This document shows positions 1 through 9,175 of a DNA stretch of 64,000 nt, piece after piece; within the stretch, counting starts at the first letter, position 1; each line of letters begins with the position of its first letter. Source of the DNA: an uncultured Alphaproteobacteria bacterium (GTDB taxonomy: Bacteria; Pseudomonadota; Alphaproteobacteria; Rhizobiales; Xanthobacteraceae). The DNA is taken from assembly GCA_963831475.1 (NCBI GenBank), contig CAWHQF010000020.1, positions 126,497-190,496 on the forward strand, read 5' to 3'. A program made the position numbers and the translations under genes. The notes under the pieces were generated by a model. It ran no database searches, was not told the origin of the DNA, and was given only the letters and a program-made list of their open reading frames with translations.

Positions 1-689
1 AGCGATCCACAACATCCCTCACCAGGAGCAACAACCACCTCGATGCCGTTACGATTAAGCAACCGGATTGCGGCTTCGTTGGTTGACGGCGCAAGGACCG
101 GATTGATGCAACCGGCCAGCAGCGCCACCCGTGCGCGACGTTGCCCGCTCGGCGCATAGACCTTTCCGGTTCGCTCAACAGGAGGCGCAGGCTTACGGTG
201 TGGCGTAAGACGCACCATCGCCGCCATACGGTGGAGGCCCACAAGATCAAAGACCGGCGCAAGCGGCCGCGCGATAAATCCCGCGACCACGGCAAGCCGG
301 AACAATCCCGGGTTGGTCAAAACACGCGCAAGCAAACCGCGGAAAGCGCGATCGACCAACGGACGTTTGTAGGTCTTTTCGATATGTTCGCGGGCGTGAT
401 CCACCAGATGCATATAGTGGACGCCGGACGGGCACGTCGTCATGCAGGCGAGGCAAGACAGGCACCGATCCACATGCTTGACCACCTGGCGTGTCGGAGG
501 CTTCCCCTGCTCGAGCATGTCCTTGATCAGGTAGATACGCCCGCGCGGCGAATCGAGTTCGTCGCCCAGCAGTACATAGGTTGGGCATGTCGCGGTGCAG
601 AATCCGCAATGGACGCAGGCGCGCAAAATCTTCTCTGACGACGCGACTTGCGGATCCAGCAGCTGCGCAAGGGAGAATGTCGTTTGCAT
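1..689 (-). CDS. glcF: Glycolate oxidase iron-sulfur subunit (5' part; runs off window start)
   Basis: Manual translation from ATG at 689: MQTTFSLAQLLDPQVASSEKILRACVHCGFCTATCPTY...DRCLSCLACMTTCPSG, two 4Fe-4S motifs; downstream of glcE. Not in the ORF track because it is truncated. Confidence 0.93.
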   Translation of the reverse strand, partial: MQTTFSLAQLLDPQVASSEKILRACVHCGFCTATCPTYVLLGDELDSPRGRIYLIKDMLEQGKPPTRQVVKHVDRCLSCLACMTTCPSGVHYMHLVDHAREHIEKTYKRPLVDRAFRGLLARVLTNPGLFRLAVVAGFIARPLAPVFDLVGLHRMAAMVRLTPHRKPAPPVERTGKVYAPSGQRRARVALLAGCINPVLAPSTNEAAIRLLNRNGIEVVVAPGEGCCGS

Positions 690-763
690 TAGAATTGTAC
701 CGCATTACCAGTCATCATGGGTGACCTTGTCACGGACATGACCAAGCGAGGACGACAAACATT

Positions 764-1981
764 CTACACCCCCGCCCACATGCGGCCGGGATTGAGCACG
801 CCCTTGGGATCGAAGCTTTCCTTCACTCGCTTGCCGAGCGCGCGCATTGCAGCGTCCCCGGCTTCGAACACGTCAAGTGCAGCGCGAACCGCAGCGGGCG
901 CCCTAATGAGCGTGGCGTGACCACCGATTTCCGTAACCGCACGGCGGACTGCCGTCGCGTCTGGCTCATCGGCATAAGGCATCGCAACCCAGACGAGGCC
1001 GCCGGCCCAATCGTAGAACATTTGCGCCGCAGGCGTAAGCGCAGCGGCAATTTCGTGACCGCGGCTCGGCGCAACCGAGATACGCCACAGCGGCCGCGCT
1101 CTCATGGTATCGGCAATGAATGGTTTGACATGTCGCACGCTCGCCCACAGCACACGCGAGCTTTTTTCGTCGAGGATCGTCACCGGGCCGTAACTCTTCA
1201 GCGTTTCGGCGATCATTTCCTGACGGCGGGCGACGGAAGGAGCAAATCCCTCGAGGCGGAGCACTGTCGAGGCCTGTACTTTCGGCAATCCGTCGAACCA
1301 CGACGCGATATGGTCGGGCAAATGTGCCGCGCCCGAGACGTCACACGGCGAACCCATCGCCGCCGCCATTGCCGCGCACGCGCGCATGTCATCGAGGCCT
1401 GCCACCAGGACGGTTGCCTCGGTTTCCGCCTTGGGCAGCACCTTGACGGTGATATCCGTCATGGCTGCGAGCGTGCCCCACGATCCCGCCAGAAGCTTGC
1501 AAAGATCATAGCCGGTGACATTTTTCACAACGCGGCCACCCGATTTGAAAGTCTCGCCGCGTCCCGTAACCGCCGTTACCCCCAGGAAATGGTCTCGCGC
1601 AGCACCTGACTTGATGCGTCGCGGTCCGGAGAGGTTGGCGGCGATGGTACCGCCCAGCGTTCCCCGATTCGCCTCGCCACCCAGCAGCGGCCCGTAGTCC
1701 ATGGGCTCAAAGGCGAGCTCTTGTTTGTTTTTTTCCAGCAGCGCCTCAATCTCGGCGATCGGGGTGCCGGCGCGGGCTGAGAGGACGAGCTCCGCCGGCT
1801 CGTAAAGCGTCACACCGGTGAGGCTCGAAAGCTCGAGCGTCAAGTCACTCTGACTGGGCCTGCCAATTATGCGCTTGGTCCCCTGCCCGGCCAATTCCAA
1901 CCGCTTTTCGTTACCGAGCGCCCAGCGCACGGCTTCCTCGACTTCCTTGGCATCACGTGGCTTGAGACTCGTTTCCGTCAT
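764..1981 (-). CDS. glcE: Glycolate oxidase FAD-binding subunit GlcE
   Basis: FAD-binding PCMH fold: GGRVVKNVTGYDLCKL, GSWGTL, C-terminal FDPKGVLNPGR; start taken at MTETSLKP. Confidence 0.93.
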   Translation of the reverse strand: MTETSLKPRDAKEVEEAVRWALGNEKRLELAGQGTKRIIGRPSQSDLTLELSSLTGVTLYEPAELVLSARAGTPIAEIEALLEKNKQELAFEPMDYGPLLGGEANRGTLGGTIAANLSGPRRIKSGAARDHFLGVTAVTGRGETFKSGGRVVKNVTGYDLCKLLAGSWGTLAAMTDITVKVLPKAETEATVLVAGLDDMRACAAMAAAMGSPCDVSGAAHLPDHIASWFDGLPKVQASTVLRLEGFAPSVARRQEMIAETLKSYGPVTILDEKSSRVLWASVRHVKPFIADTMRARPLWRISVAPSRGHEIAAALTPAAQMFYDWAGGLVWVAMPYADEPDATAVRRAVTEIGGHATLIRAPAAVRAALDVFEAGDAAMRALGKRVKESFDPKGVLNPGRMWAGV

Positions 1982-2066
1982 GGTCGGACTGATCCCGGCC
2001 AACGCGATTGCGTGGGCACAGCTCCGCCGACGCAACCGGCATCATCGGGACCAGCCCCGTGATGAC
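1977..2066. repeat. REP-like palindromic element (rhizobial GTCATGGCCGGG...CATGAC type), degenerate
   Basis: Left arm GTCATGGTCGGACTGATCCCGGCC, right arm ATCATCGGGACCAGCCCCGTGATGAC, inner TTGCGT/ACGCAA stem; resembles the element at 44183-44270. Confidence 0.55.
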
Positions 2067-3133
2067 TACTTTGAATGCTTGAAACAAAATACATGACCTG
2101 TTGGCCTCATTCGGCCGCGCGCGCGGTTGAACTCGTGCGCAAAGGCAGGCATGAGCTCGCGCGCGAATCGACGTAACTGATTGGCACCACCGGCAATCGT
2201 CAGCAGCACATAGCCAACTCCGGCACCGCGAAGCGATTCGAGCATGCGGGCAATCTCATCAGGTGTACCAAAGAGTGCATTTTCTTCGGTAGCGCCCGCG
2301 CGGTCGGCATAAGCGAGCACATGCGAGCCAGGCTTGCCGTCAGGCATCCGTGCGACATTGACTGTTCGCTTTGTGTACTCGGCCTGGCGCGCCAATGCGG
2401 CCTCCTTGTCGGCCTTGTCCTTTGCGACATACAGCTGACGGGCAACCGCCACTTGCATTGAATCGAAACCTCGCCCGTTCGCCTCACGCCCGGCTTTGTA
2501 TACGGCGATGCGCTCATTCAGGCTTGCAGGCGAGGCATACTGGTCGAGGATAAGGTTGAACCCGCGCGCGGCGGCGCGCTTGATGGAATGAGGATTTCCC
2601 GCAGCCACCCAGAGGGGTGGATGTGGATTCTGCGCGGGCGGCGGTTCAACGACGATATCCTCGAAATGCCAAAAGCGGCCTTGGTGCGAAAAGCGGCTGC
2701 GCGTGGTCCATGCGCGCCTCATGATCTCGACCGCTTCCTCGAACCGCGCTTCGGCCTCATCTGGCGAAATCTGGAAGCCCTTGAATTCACTGTGCCGGTA
2801 GCCCTTGCCGATACCGAGGTCGAGGCGACCATGCGACAGGAGATCGAGAGTCGCGGCCTCCTCGGCGAGCAGGACGGGATTGTGCCACGGCGGAACGATC
2901 ACCGCGGTGCCAAGCCGCAGTGTCGTCGTGCGCATTGCGAGCGCAGTGAGAAGCATCAGCGTTGAGGAAACCTGGTTCCAGCCGCTGAAATGATGCTCAA
3001 CCGAGAAGCTTGAATGATACCCGAGCGCCTCCGCCTCGACATTGAAGTCGAGGAAGTCGAAAAAGCCGCGGCCGGTCTCGGGACCGAAGCCTGGAACGTC
3101 GGCTTTGGGCGAACAGAATAACCCGAAACGCAT
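2066..3133 (-). CDS. LLM class (luciferase-like) flavin-dependent oxidoreductase
   Basis: MRFGLF start, VEHHF, TTTLRLGTAV, AEEAATLDLLSHGRLDLGIGKG, PPLWVA motifs; ATG lies 2 nt after the glcD stop. Confidence 0.9.
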   Translation of the reverse strand: MRFGLFCSPKADVPGFGPETGRGFFDFLDFNVEAEALGYHSSFSVEHHFSGWNQVSSTLMLLTALAMRTTTLRLGTAVIVPPWHNPVLLAEEAATLDLLSHGRLDLGIGKGYRHSEFKGFQISPDEAEARFEEAVEIMRRAWTTRSRFSHQGRFWHFEDIVVEPPPAQNPHPPLWVAAGNPHSIKRAAARGFNLILDQYASPASLNERIAVYKAGREANGRGFDSMQVAVARQLYVAKDKADKEAALARQAEYTKRTVNVARMPDGKPGSHVLAYADRAGATEENALFGTPDEIARMLESLRGAGVGYVLLTIAGGANQLRRFARELMPAFAHEFNRARGRMRPTGHVFCFKHSK

Positions 3134-3135
3134 CG

Positions 3136-4629
3136 CTAGAACCTCGGAATGTCGGGAAACGGCAACTTGCCGGCGTGAACATGAAGTCGGCCAAGCTCCG
3201 CGCAGCGGTGCAGCTGCGGAAACACCTTGCCGGGGTTGAGCAGCCCCTTGGCATCGAAAGCACATTTGACGCGCTGCTGCTGATTGAGATCGATTTCCGA
3301 GAACATTGTCGGCATCAGGTCGCGCTTCTCGACACCGACGCCGTGCTCGCCGGTGAGCACGCCCCCCACCTCGACGCAAAGCTTGAGAATCTCGGCGCCA
3401 AACTCCTCGGTCTTTTCCAGTTCACCCGGAACATTGGCATCATACAGAATGAGCGGGTGCAGATTTCCGTCACCGGCGTGAAAGACATTGGCGACGCGCA
3501 GGCCATATTTTGCCGACAGCTCTTTCGTGCGCTTGAGGACCCGCGGCAATTGCGCCCGCGGAATAGTTCCGTCCATGCAGTAATAGTCGGGCGAAATGCG
3601 GCCCACCGCGGGGAATGCCGCTTTGCGTCCCGCCCAGAACAAAAGCCGTTCTTCCTCCGAGCGCGAGGCCTTGCACGAAACAGCCCGACAGTCGCGTGCG
3701 ATTTTTTCGACGCGCGCGATCAGATGATCGACCTCCGCCGCAGGTCCATCAAGCTCGACGATCAACAAGGCTTCCACATCTAGCGGGTAACCCGCATGGA
3801 CAAACTGCTCCACGGCCGCGATCGCGGGGCCATCCATGATTTCCATGCCGCCCGGGATAATTCCGGCGCCGATAATTCGCGACGCACATTCCCCTGCGTC
3901 TTCTGATGATGGAAAGCCGACCAACAGCGCACGCGCAGTTTCCGGCTTCTTCAAAATACGTACCGTGACCTCTGTCACAATGCCGAGTAGCCCTTCGGAG
4001 CCGGTAATTATCCCGAGTAGATCGTAGCCGGGCGCATCAAGATGCTTGCCGCCGATACGCAACACCTCGCCCGTCATGAGAACGATTTCGCATCCGAGAA
4101 CATTGTTGGTGGTCATGCCGTATTTCAGGCAGTGCACGCCACCTGCATTTTCCGCCACGTTGCCGCCAATCGTGCATGCGATTTGCGACGAAGGGTCGGG
4201 CGCATAGTAAAAGCCGGCATGGGCGACCGCACTGCTCACGGCGAGATTTGTCACACCCGGTTCCACGACGACCGCACGATTTTCGAAGTCGATTTCCCGG
4301 ATGCGGCTGAACTTGGCCATACCCAGGAGGACCCCATCAGCGAGCGGTAGTGCGCCGCCCGACAGCGAGGTCCCGGCGCCGCGCGGCACCACCTTGATAC
4401 CCTCGTCATGGCAATAGCGCAGGACCTCGGCGACCTGCTGGGTTGTCTCCGGCAGCACCACGACCATCGGGAGCTGGTGATAGGCGGTCAGGCCATCAGT
4501 CTCATAGGGGCGCATTTCCAGCTGGTCAGCAATCACGCCCTCCCCGCGGACAATGGCCCGTAGGGCAGTGATTATGCGGCTTCGGCGTTCCAAGACCGCG
4601 CCATCCGGATCCGGCATGCGTACCGACAT
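3136..4629 (-). CDS. glcD: Glycolate oxidase subunit GlcD (FAD-linked oxidase)
   Basis: PRGAGTSLSGG, YAPDPSS, GGVHCLKYG, HAGDGNLHP, GEHGVG motifs. Confidence 0.95.
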   Translation of the reverse strand: MSVRMPDPDGAVLERRSRIITALRAIVRGEGVIADQLEMRPYETDGLTAYHQLPMVVVLPETTQQVAEVLRYCHDEGIKVVPRGAGTSLSGGALPLADGVLLGMAKFSRIREIDFENRAVVVEPGVTNLAVSSAVAHAGFYYAPDPSSQIACTIGGNVAENAGGVHCLKYGMTTNNVLGCEIVLMTGEVLRIGGKHLDAPGYDLLGIITGSEGLLGIVTEVTVRILKKPETARALLVGFPSSEDAGECASRIIGAGIIPGGMEIMDGPAIAAVEQFVHAGYPLDVEALLIVELDGPAAEVDHLIARVEKIARDCRAVSCKASRSEEERLLFWAGRKAAFPAVGRISPDYYCMDGTIPRAQLPRVLKRTKELSAKYGLRVANVFHAGDGNLHPLILYDANVPGELEKTEEFGAEILKLCVEVGGVLTGEHGVGVEKRDLMPTMFSEIDLNQQQRVKCAFDAKGLLNPGKVFPQLHRCAELGRLHVHAGKLPFPDIPRF

Positions 4630-4773
4630 TCAGTCAGCTCCGATGTTGATCTAAAAGACGATATCAGCCATTTGACGGCTTACACATAGGGCTGGCAGAA
4701 ACCATTGGAAACCAGGTGGTGCTCGCGTGCACCGGCCTGGGGCCACTGCCGAACATGCAATGGGAGCAATATA

Positions 4774-5157
4774 ATGAAACTGGTATTTGCGGCCTCCGTG
4801 ATCGTGGCTGCGATGACTCAAGCCGCGCAAGCGCAGGATGTGGCTGCCGGCGAACAATCGTTTAAGAAGTGCTTCCCGTGCCACTCAATCGGCGAAGGAG
4901 CAAAGAACAAGGTTGGTCCGCAACTCAATGGCATCGATGGCCGCCATTCCGGCACGGCTCCCGACTATAGCTATTCCGACGCCAACAAGAATTCCGGCAT
5001 CACTTGGAATGAGCAAACCTTCAAGGAGTACATCAAGGACCCGAGGGCCAGGATCCCGAATACCAAAATGATATTCCCGGGGATCAAGAATGAGAAGGAG
5101 GCGGGCGATCTCTGGGCCTATCTTAAGCAATTCGGTCCGGACGGCAAAAAGAAATAG
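4774..5157 (+). CDS. Class I soluble cytochrome c (c2/c550 type) with signal peptide
   Basis: Signal peptide ending AQA; CFPCH haem motif; GPQLNG; TKMIF axial Met; GGGAG RBS at 4762. Confidence 0.93.
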   Translation: MKLVFAASVIVAAMTQAAQAQDVAAGEQSFKKCFPCHSIGEGAKNKVGPQLNGIDGRHSGTAPDYSYSDANKNSGITWNEQTFKEYIKDPRARIPNTKMIFPGIKNEKEAGDLWAYLKQFGPDGKKK

Positions 5158-5209
5158 AACCTCGATCTGCGATCGAGCCAAAGAATGGATTGACCGAGGC
5201 AAAACGCAT

Positions 5210-5223
5210 TTGACCTTGGTCAA
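5210..5223. promoter_or_regulatory. FNR/FixK-type box upstream of usp
   Basis: TTGACCTTGGTCAA fits TTGA(T/C)-N4-(A/G)TCAA; a degenerate copy TTGACCGAGGCAAA lies at 5190-5203. Confidence 0.75.
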
Positions 5224-5293
5224 TGTGTAAACCGGGGGCGATGAGCATCATGTATTGTCGAGCGGTAAAAAGCTCGGATTGGAGTGTCGCATC

Positions 5294-6121
5294 ATGATTA
5301 AAGATATTGTCGTCAATCTCGGGCTGGGCGCACATGATCCCGCCGGCATATATGCGGTATCGGCCGCGGAGACCTTTGGCGCCCATTTGCTCGGAGTGGC
5401 GGTAGCCTACGAACCTGTCATCCCCGGAACGGTCATGGGCGGGATTCCACCCGAAGTGATCGAAAGCCAGCGCGAGGAATCGAACAAGAAAGTGCGCACG
5501 GCTATCGCCCGTTTTGAGCAGCTTGCAAAACGTACCGGTATTTCATTCGAGACCCGCCCGATCAGCGCCAGCATATCCGGCGCCGCCGATCAGATCGGAC
5601 GTATCGGACGCCGCTTTGATCTCGTAATCGTGGGCCAGCCGCAGCGAAGTGACTCGCTGCCGGATGACGTTGTCGACGAAGGCGTGCTGTTTGAGTCAGG
5701 GCGTCCCGTCGTTTTCGTGCCCTTCATTCAGAAGGGTGGCATGACACTCGACCGCATCATGGTGTGTTGGGATGGCGGTCGCGCAGCCGCCCGTGCAGTT
5801 GCCGACGCAATGCCGCTGTTGAAAAAGGCAAAGCAGGTTGAAATCGTCATCGTTTCCGACAAGCGCGGCAGAAATGATGAATTGCCCGGCGCGGATCTCG
5901 GCCAGCATCTCGCTCGTCATGAACTCAAGGTCGACGTGAAACGCATCACGTCGCCCGATATCGACGTCCCTTCGACGATCTTGTCATATGCCGCGGATTC
6001 TTCCGCTGACCTGATCGTCATGGGAGGTTACGGCCATTCGCGCTTGCGCGAGTTCGTGCTTGGCGGCGCGACCCGCGGCTTGCTCGAGGCCATGACCGTA
6101 CCGGTGCTGATGTCGCACTAG
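5294..6121 (+). CDS. Universal stress protein (tandem USP domains)
   Basis: DLVIVGQ, SGRPV, WDGGRAAARA, DLIVMGGYGHSRLREFVLGGATRGLL, VPVLMSH; GGAG RBS at 5281. Confidence 0.93.
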   Translation: MIKDIVVNLGLGAHDPAGIYAVSAAETFGAHLLGVAVAYEPVIPGTVMGGIPPEVIESQREESNKKVRTAIARFEQLAKRTGISFETRPISASISGAADQIGRIGRRFDLVIVGQPQRSDSLPDDVVDEGVLFESGRPVVFVPFIQKGGMTLDRIMVCWDGGRAAARAVADAMPLLKKAKQVEIVIVSDKRGRNDELPGADLGQHLARHELKVDVKRITSPDIDVPSTILSYAADSSADLIVMGGYGHSRLREFVLGGATRGLLEAMTVPVLMSH

Positions 6122-6237
6122 AGCGCTGCTGCAAGGCCAACTCTTCTGCCGTCTCCCGGTAGCGACCAGAGCCTATACGCCGATGAATTTCGCGCCCGGC
6201 CTCGGCTTGCTTCGGCCGGACGAAAGCGGAGACGCCA

Positions 6238-6768
6238 TTGCTCGAACGCCATGTCGTATTGCGCGATGGGGAAAACGTCTTGATCCGGCCACTGAGGCCG
6301 GAGGACGGCACGTTATACCCTGATTTCCTCGTCGAAGTTACTGCGGACGACCTCCGTCTGCGCTTCTTCGCGCCAATGCGCGAAGTCAGCCACGAACTCA
6401 TCGACAAGCTCACCCACTATGACCCACAGCACGCCATGGCCTTCATTGCGATCGCTGAAGCGAGTGGGAAGATGCTCGGCGTGGTACGCATCCACGACGA
6501 CGCGAGTGGCGAAGGTGGCGAATTCGCAATTCTTGTGCGTTCTCAACTCAAAGGTCACGGGCTGGGCTGGCTGCTGATGAAGCACATGATCGCATATGCG
6601 CAGGATAAGAGGCTGAAAACTGTGCATGGTCAGGTGCTTTCGGAAAACTCCACCATGCTCACCATGTGCGCAGAACTAGGCTTTCACGTTGCTGACGACC
6701 CAGGCGAGCGTGGTGTCAAAGTGGTTACACTGCCCTTGGAAGAATTGCCGGCACTGACGTCTTATTGA
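6238..6768 (+). CDS. GNAT acetyltransferase (stand-alone Pat/YfiQ-type GNAT domain)
   Basis: IRPLRPED, LRLRFF, EFAILVRSQLKGHGLG, ENSTML..LGF; start codon uncertain. Confidence 0.85.
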   Translation: MLERHVVLRDGENVLIRPLRPEDGTLYPDFLVEVTADDLRLRFFAPMREVSHELIDKLTHYDPQHAMAFIAIAEASGKMLGVVRIHDDASGEGGEFAILVRSQLKGHGLGWLLMKHMIAYAQDKRLKTVHGQVLSENSTMLTMCAELGFHVADDPGERGVKVVTLPLEELPALTSY

Positions 6769-6772
6769 TTGA

Positions 6773-7414
6773 CTATGGCAATTCGCACTGGGCGACGAGC
6801 CCCCGCGCACGCGCGTCCACGACGCCTAACGCACGAAGTGCAAGCAGCGTTATGGTCTGCACCAAATCGCGCACGCCACCGCCCGTAGCCGCAAGCGGCC
6901 CGATAAGCCCTTCCAGCAGCGCACCGACAATGGCAGGCGCGGCCACGCGCGCGTCCTGGTCCGGCAAATGTCCGCCCGCTATTGCATTATTAATTCGGCT
7001 TTCCAGCTCGGATGCAATTGCGCGCCGGAATTCCACACGCAAAAGGTCGATGTTGGCGTCCACGGGCTCAGCCAATACCGCCCATGCGAGCCGTCGATCG
7101 TTCAACGCGCGCGCAGAAAATGTGGCGAGACAGGCGGCGAGCGCCGACAGCGGACCGGGCGCGGCGTCGGCCGCGGCGCGCATAGCCGCAAGCTCGCGCT
7201 CGGCCGTAGCGGCAATCACCTCGGCGACGAGGTTGTTCTTGGACGGAAAATATCGGTAGACGGTACCGGCGGCGATATCGGCGCGTTGCGCAACCGGCGC
7301 AATCTGCACCGCGCCCATGCCACGCTCTGCGGCAATTGATTGTGCCGCGTCGAGTATCGTCTGCTCCCGTGCTGCAAGGCGACGGACGACGTTTTCGGTG
7401 CGACGATAGACCAT
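6773..7414 (-). CDS. TetR/AcrR family transcriptional regulator
   Basis: HTH: VAQRADIAAGTVYRYFPSKNNL. Confidence 0.9.
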   Translation of the reverse strand: MVYRRTENVVRRLAAREQTILDAAQSIAAERGMGAVQIAPVAQRADIAAGTVYRYFPSKNNLVAEVIAATAERELAAMRAAADAAPGPLSALAACLATFSARALNDRRLAWAVLAEPVDANIDLLRVEFRRAIASELESRINNAIAGGHLPDQDARVAAPAIVGALLEGLIGPLAATGGGVRDLVQTITLLALRALGVVDARARGLVAQCELP

Positions 7415-7439
7415 GCAATCAATGAACGCTGATTCAGGA

Positions 7440-7477
7440 GAGGAAGGCAAGAGGAAGCAAGAGGAAGCAAGAGGAAG
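7440..7477. repeat. 10-bp tandem repeat (GAGGAAGCAA) x ~3.7
   Basis: gaggaaggcaa gaggaagcaa gaggaagcaa gaggaag, directly visible. Confidence 0.9.
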
Positions 7478-7487
7478 TCGGAGATCT

Positions 7488-9170
7488 TCAGCGCCGGCCC
7501 GTCAGCGATTTTTCCCTGATGGCCGCAAGGGTCGTCGACGGTGTGATCGCTTCCGGGTCAATCTTGAGATGAATGATAGTCGGCTTTCCGGAAGCGCGCG
7601 CGGCGGCGAAAGCGGCGGGAAAATCCGCAGTCTTCTCAACCACCGCACCATAGCCACCAAAAGCCAGTGCGTAGGCGACAAAGTCCGGATTGCGCAGATT
7701 GGTAGCGATTACGCGGCCTGGATACTCACGCTCCTGGTGCATTCGGATTGTGCCGTAAATTCCGTTGTCCGCGACCAGCACTATCACGGGCAGGTCATAC
7801 TGCACGGCTGTCGCAAAATCCTGTCCGGTCATCAGAAAATCGCCGTCGCCGGCGACGCAGACGACCGTTCGATCGCGGTAGACGCACTGCATCGCCAGGG
7901 CCGCGGGCAAGCCATAGCCCATCGAACCTGAAGTTGCGCCGACGAGCCCTCCGAATTTTCGTACGCGGTAGAAGCGATGAACCCACCCGGAGAAGTTGCC
8001 GGCGCCCTGCGTCACGATCGCCTCTGCCGGCAGGTTTTCGCGCAGCCAGATCATGATTTCGCCGAGATTGACCGCGCCCGGCACCGGTGTCGCCTTTTCT
8101 CCCCAGGCCAGGTAATCGGCGTGAGCCGTAGCGCTCTCGCCACGCCATGCGATTTCTTTCGGCGGCTGCAATGCATCAAGTGCGGCGCAAAATGCGGTCG
8201 GCGTGGCATTGATCGCGAGATGCGGGTGGTATACGCGGCCAAGTTCGTCCGCACCGGGGTGCACATGCACCAACTTCGTTTGGGGCTCGGGGATGGCGAA
8301 GACGCTGTAGCCCTGCGAAGGCATTTCGCCGAAACGCCCGCCGACCAACAGTACGAGGTCGGCGCCCTTGACCCGCGCGAGTAGTTTTGGATTGGGGCCG
8401 ATGCCGAAATCCCCGGCATAACAAGGATGCATTGCGTCGATCAGATGTCCACGTCGGAACGTCGTGGCCACAGGAAGCGCGTAACGCTCCGCAAAATTCA
8501 TGAGTTCCGCACTCGCCTGCTCGGTCCAGCGGCTGCCGCCGGCAAGCACCACCGGGCGCTTCGCGTCTCGCAACAAGCCCGCCAGCTGTTGCATTTCGGA
8601 CTGACCCGGCCAGGTCTCTACAGGTGAATACGCGGATGCGTCCGCGACCGAAACGCGTTCGCGCAACATATCCTCGGGCAGCGCAATCACGACGGGCCCT
8701 GGGCGGCCGTTGCAGGCCGTATGAAAGGCTCTCGATACCACTTCGGGGATGCGAGACGGGTCGTCGATCTCCGTGGCCCATTTAGCAACGGTACCGAAGA
8801 CCGCCCGGTAGTCGAGTTCCTGGAACGCCTCACGATCGCGCATGTCGCGGCCGACCTGCCCGACGAAAACGATCATCGGGGAAGAATCCTGCCGCGCAAT
8901 ATGGATTCCGGCGGATGCATTCGTGGCGCCCGGCCCGCGCGTAACGAAGCAAATGCCGGGGCGCCCAGTCACTTTTCCTACCGCTTCCGCCATGATGGCT
9001 GCAGCGCTTTCGTGGCGGCATACTATGAGGTCAATGTCGCTTCCATAGAAAGCGTCGAGCGCGGCAAGGTAGCTTTCGCCGGGCACGCAAAATGCCTGGC
9101 GCACGTCATGGATCGACAACTGGTCGATAAGTATTTCCCCGCCTGAACGGGCATTGTCCTTGCCGCGCAT
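7488..9170 (-). CDS. Thiamine pyrophosphate-dependent enzyme (acetolactate synthase large subunit-like)
   Basis: VPGESYL, CRHES, TRGPGATN, GSMGYG, TPP motif GDGDF...DNG.YGTI. Confidence 0.92.
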   Translation of the reverse strand: MRGKDNARSGGEILIDQLSIHDVRQAFCVPGESYLAALDAFYGSDIDLIVCRHESAAAIMAEAVGKVTGRPGICFVTRGPGATNASAGIHIARQDSSPMIVFVGQVGRDMRDREAFQELDYRAVFGTVAKWATEIDDPSRIPEVVSRAFHTACNGRPGPVVIALPEDMLRERVSVADASAYSPVETWPGQSEMQQLAGLLRDAKRPVVLAGGSRWTEQASAELMNFAERYALPVATTFRRGHLIDAMHPCYAGDFGIGPNPKLLARVKGADLVLLVGGRFGEMPSQGYSVFAIPEPQTKLVHVHPGADELGRVYHPHLAINATPTAFCAALDALQPPKEIAWRGESATAHADYLAWGEKATPVPGAVNLGEIMIWLRENLPAEAIVTQGAGNFSGWVHRFYRVRKFGGLVGATSGSMGYGLPAALAMQCVYRDRTVVCVAGDGDFLMTGQDFATAVQYDLPVIVLVADNGIYGTIRMHQEREYPGRVIATNLRNPDFVAYALAFGGYGAVVEKTADFPAAFAAARASGKPTIIHLKIDPEAITPSTTLAAIREKSLTGRR

Positions 9171-9175
9171 CGAGA

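Noticed and set aside
141-705. ORFs 141..638(+) and 247..705(-)
   Set aside because: Shadow frames of glcF, which is read from 689 in another minus frame
711-751. GTCAT...CATGAC palindromic remnant between glcE and glcF
   Set aside because: Too short and degenerate to call as a REP copy
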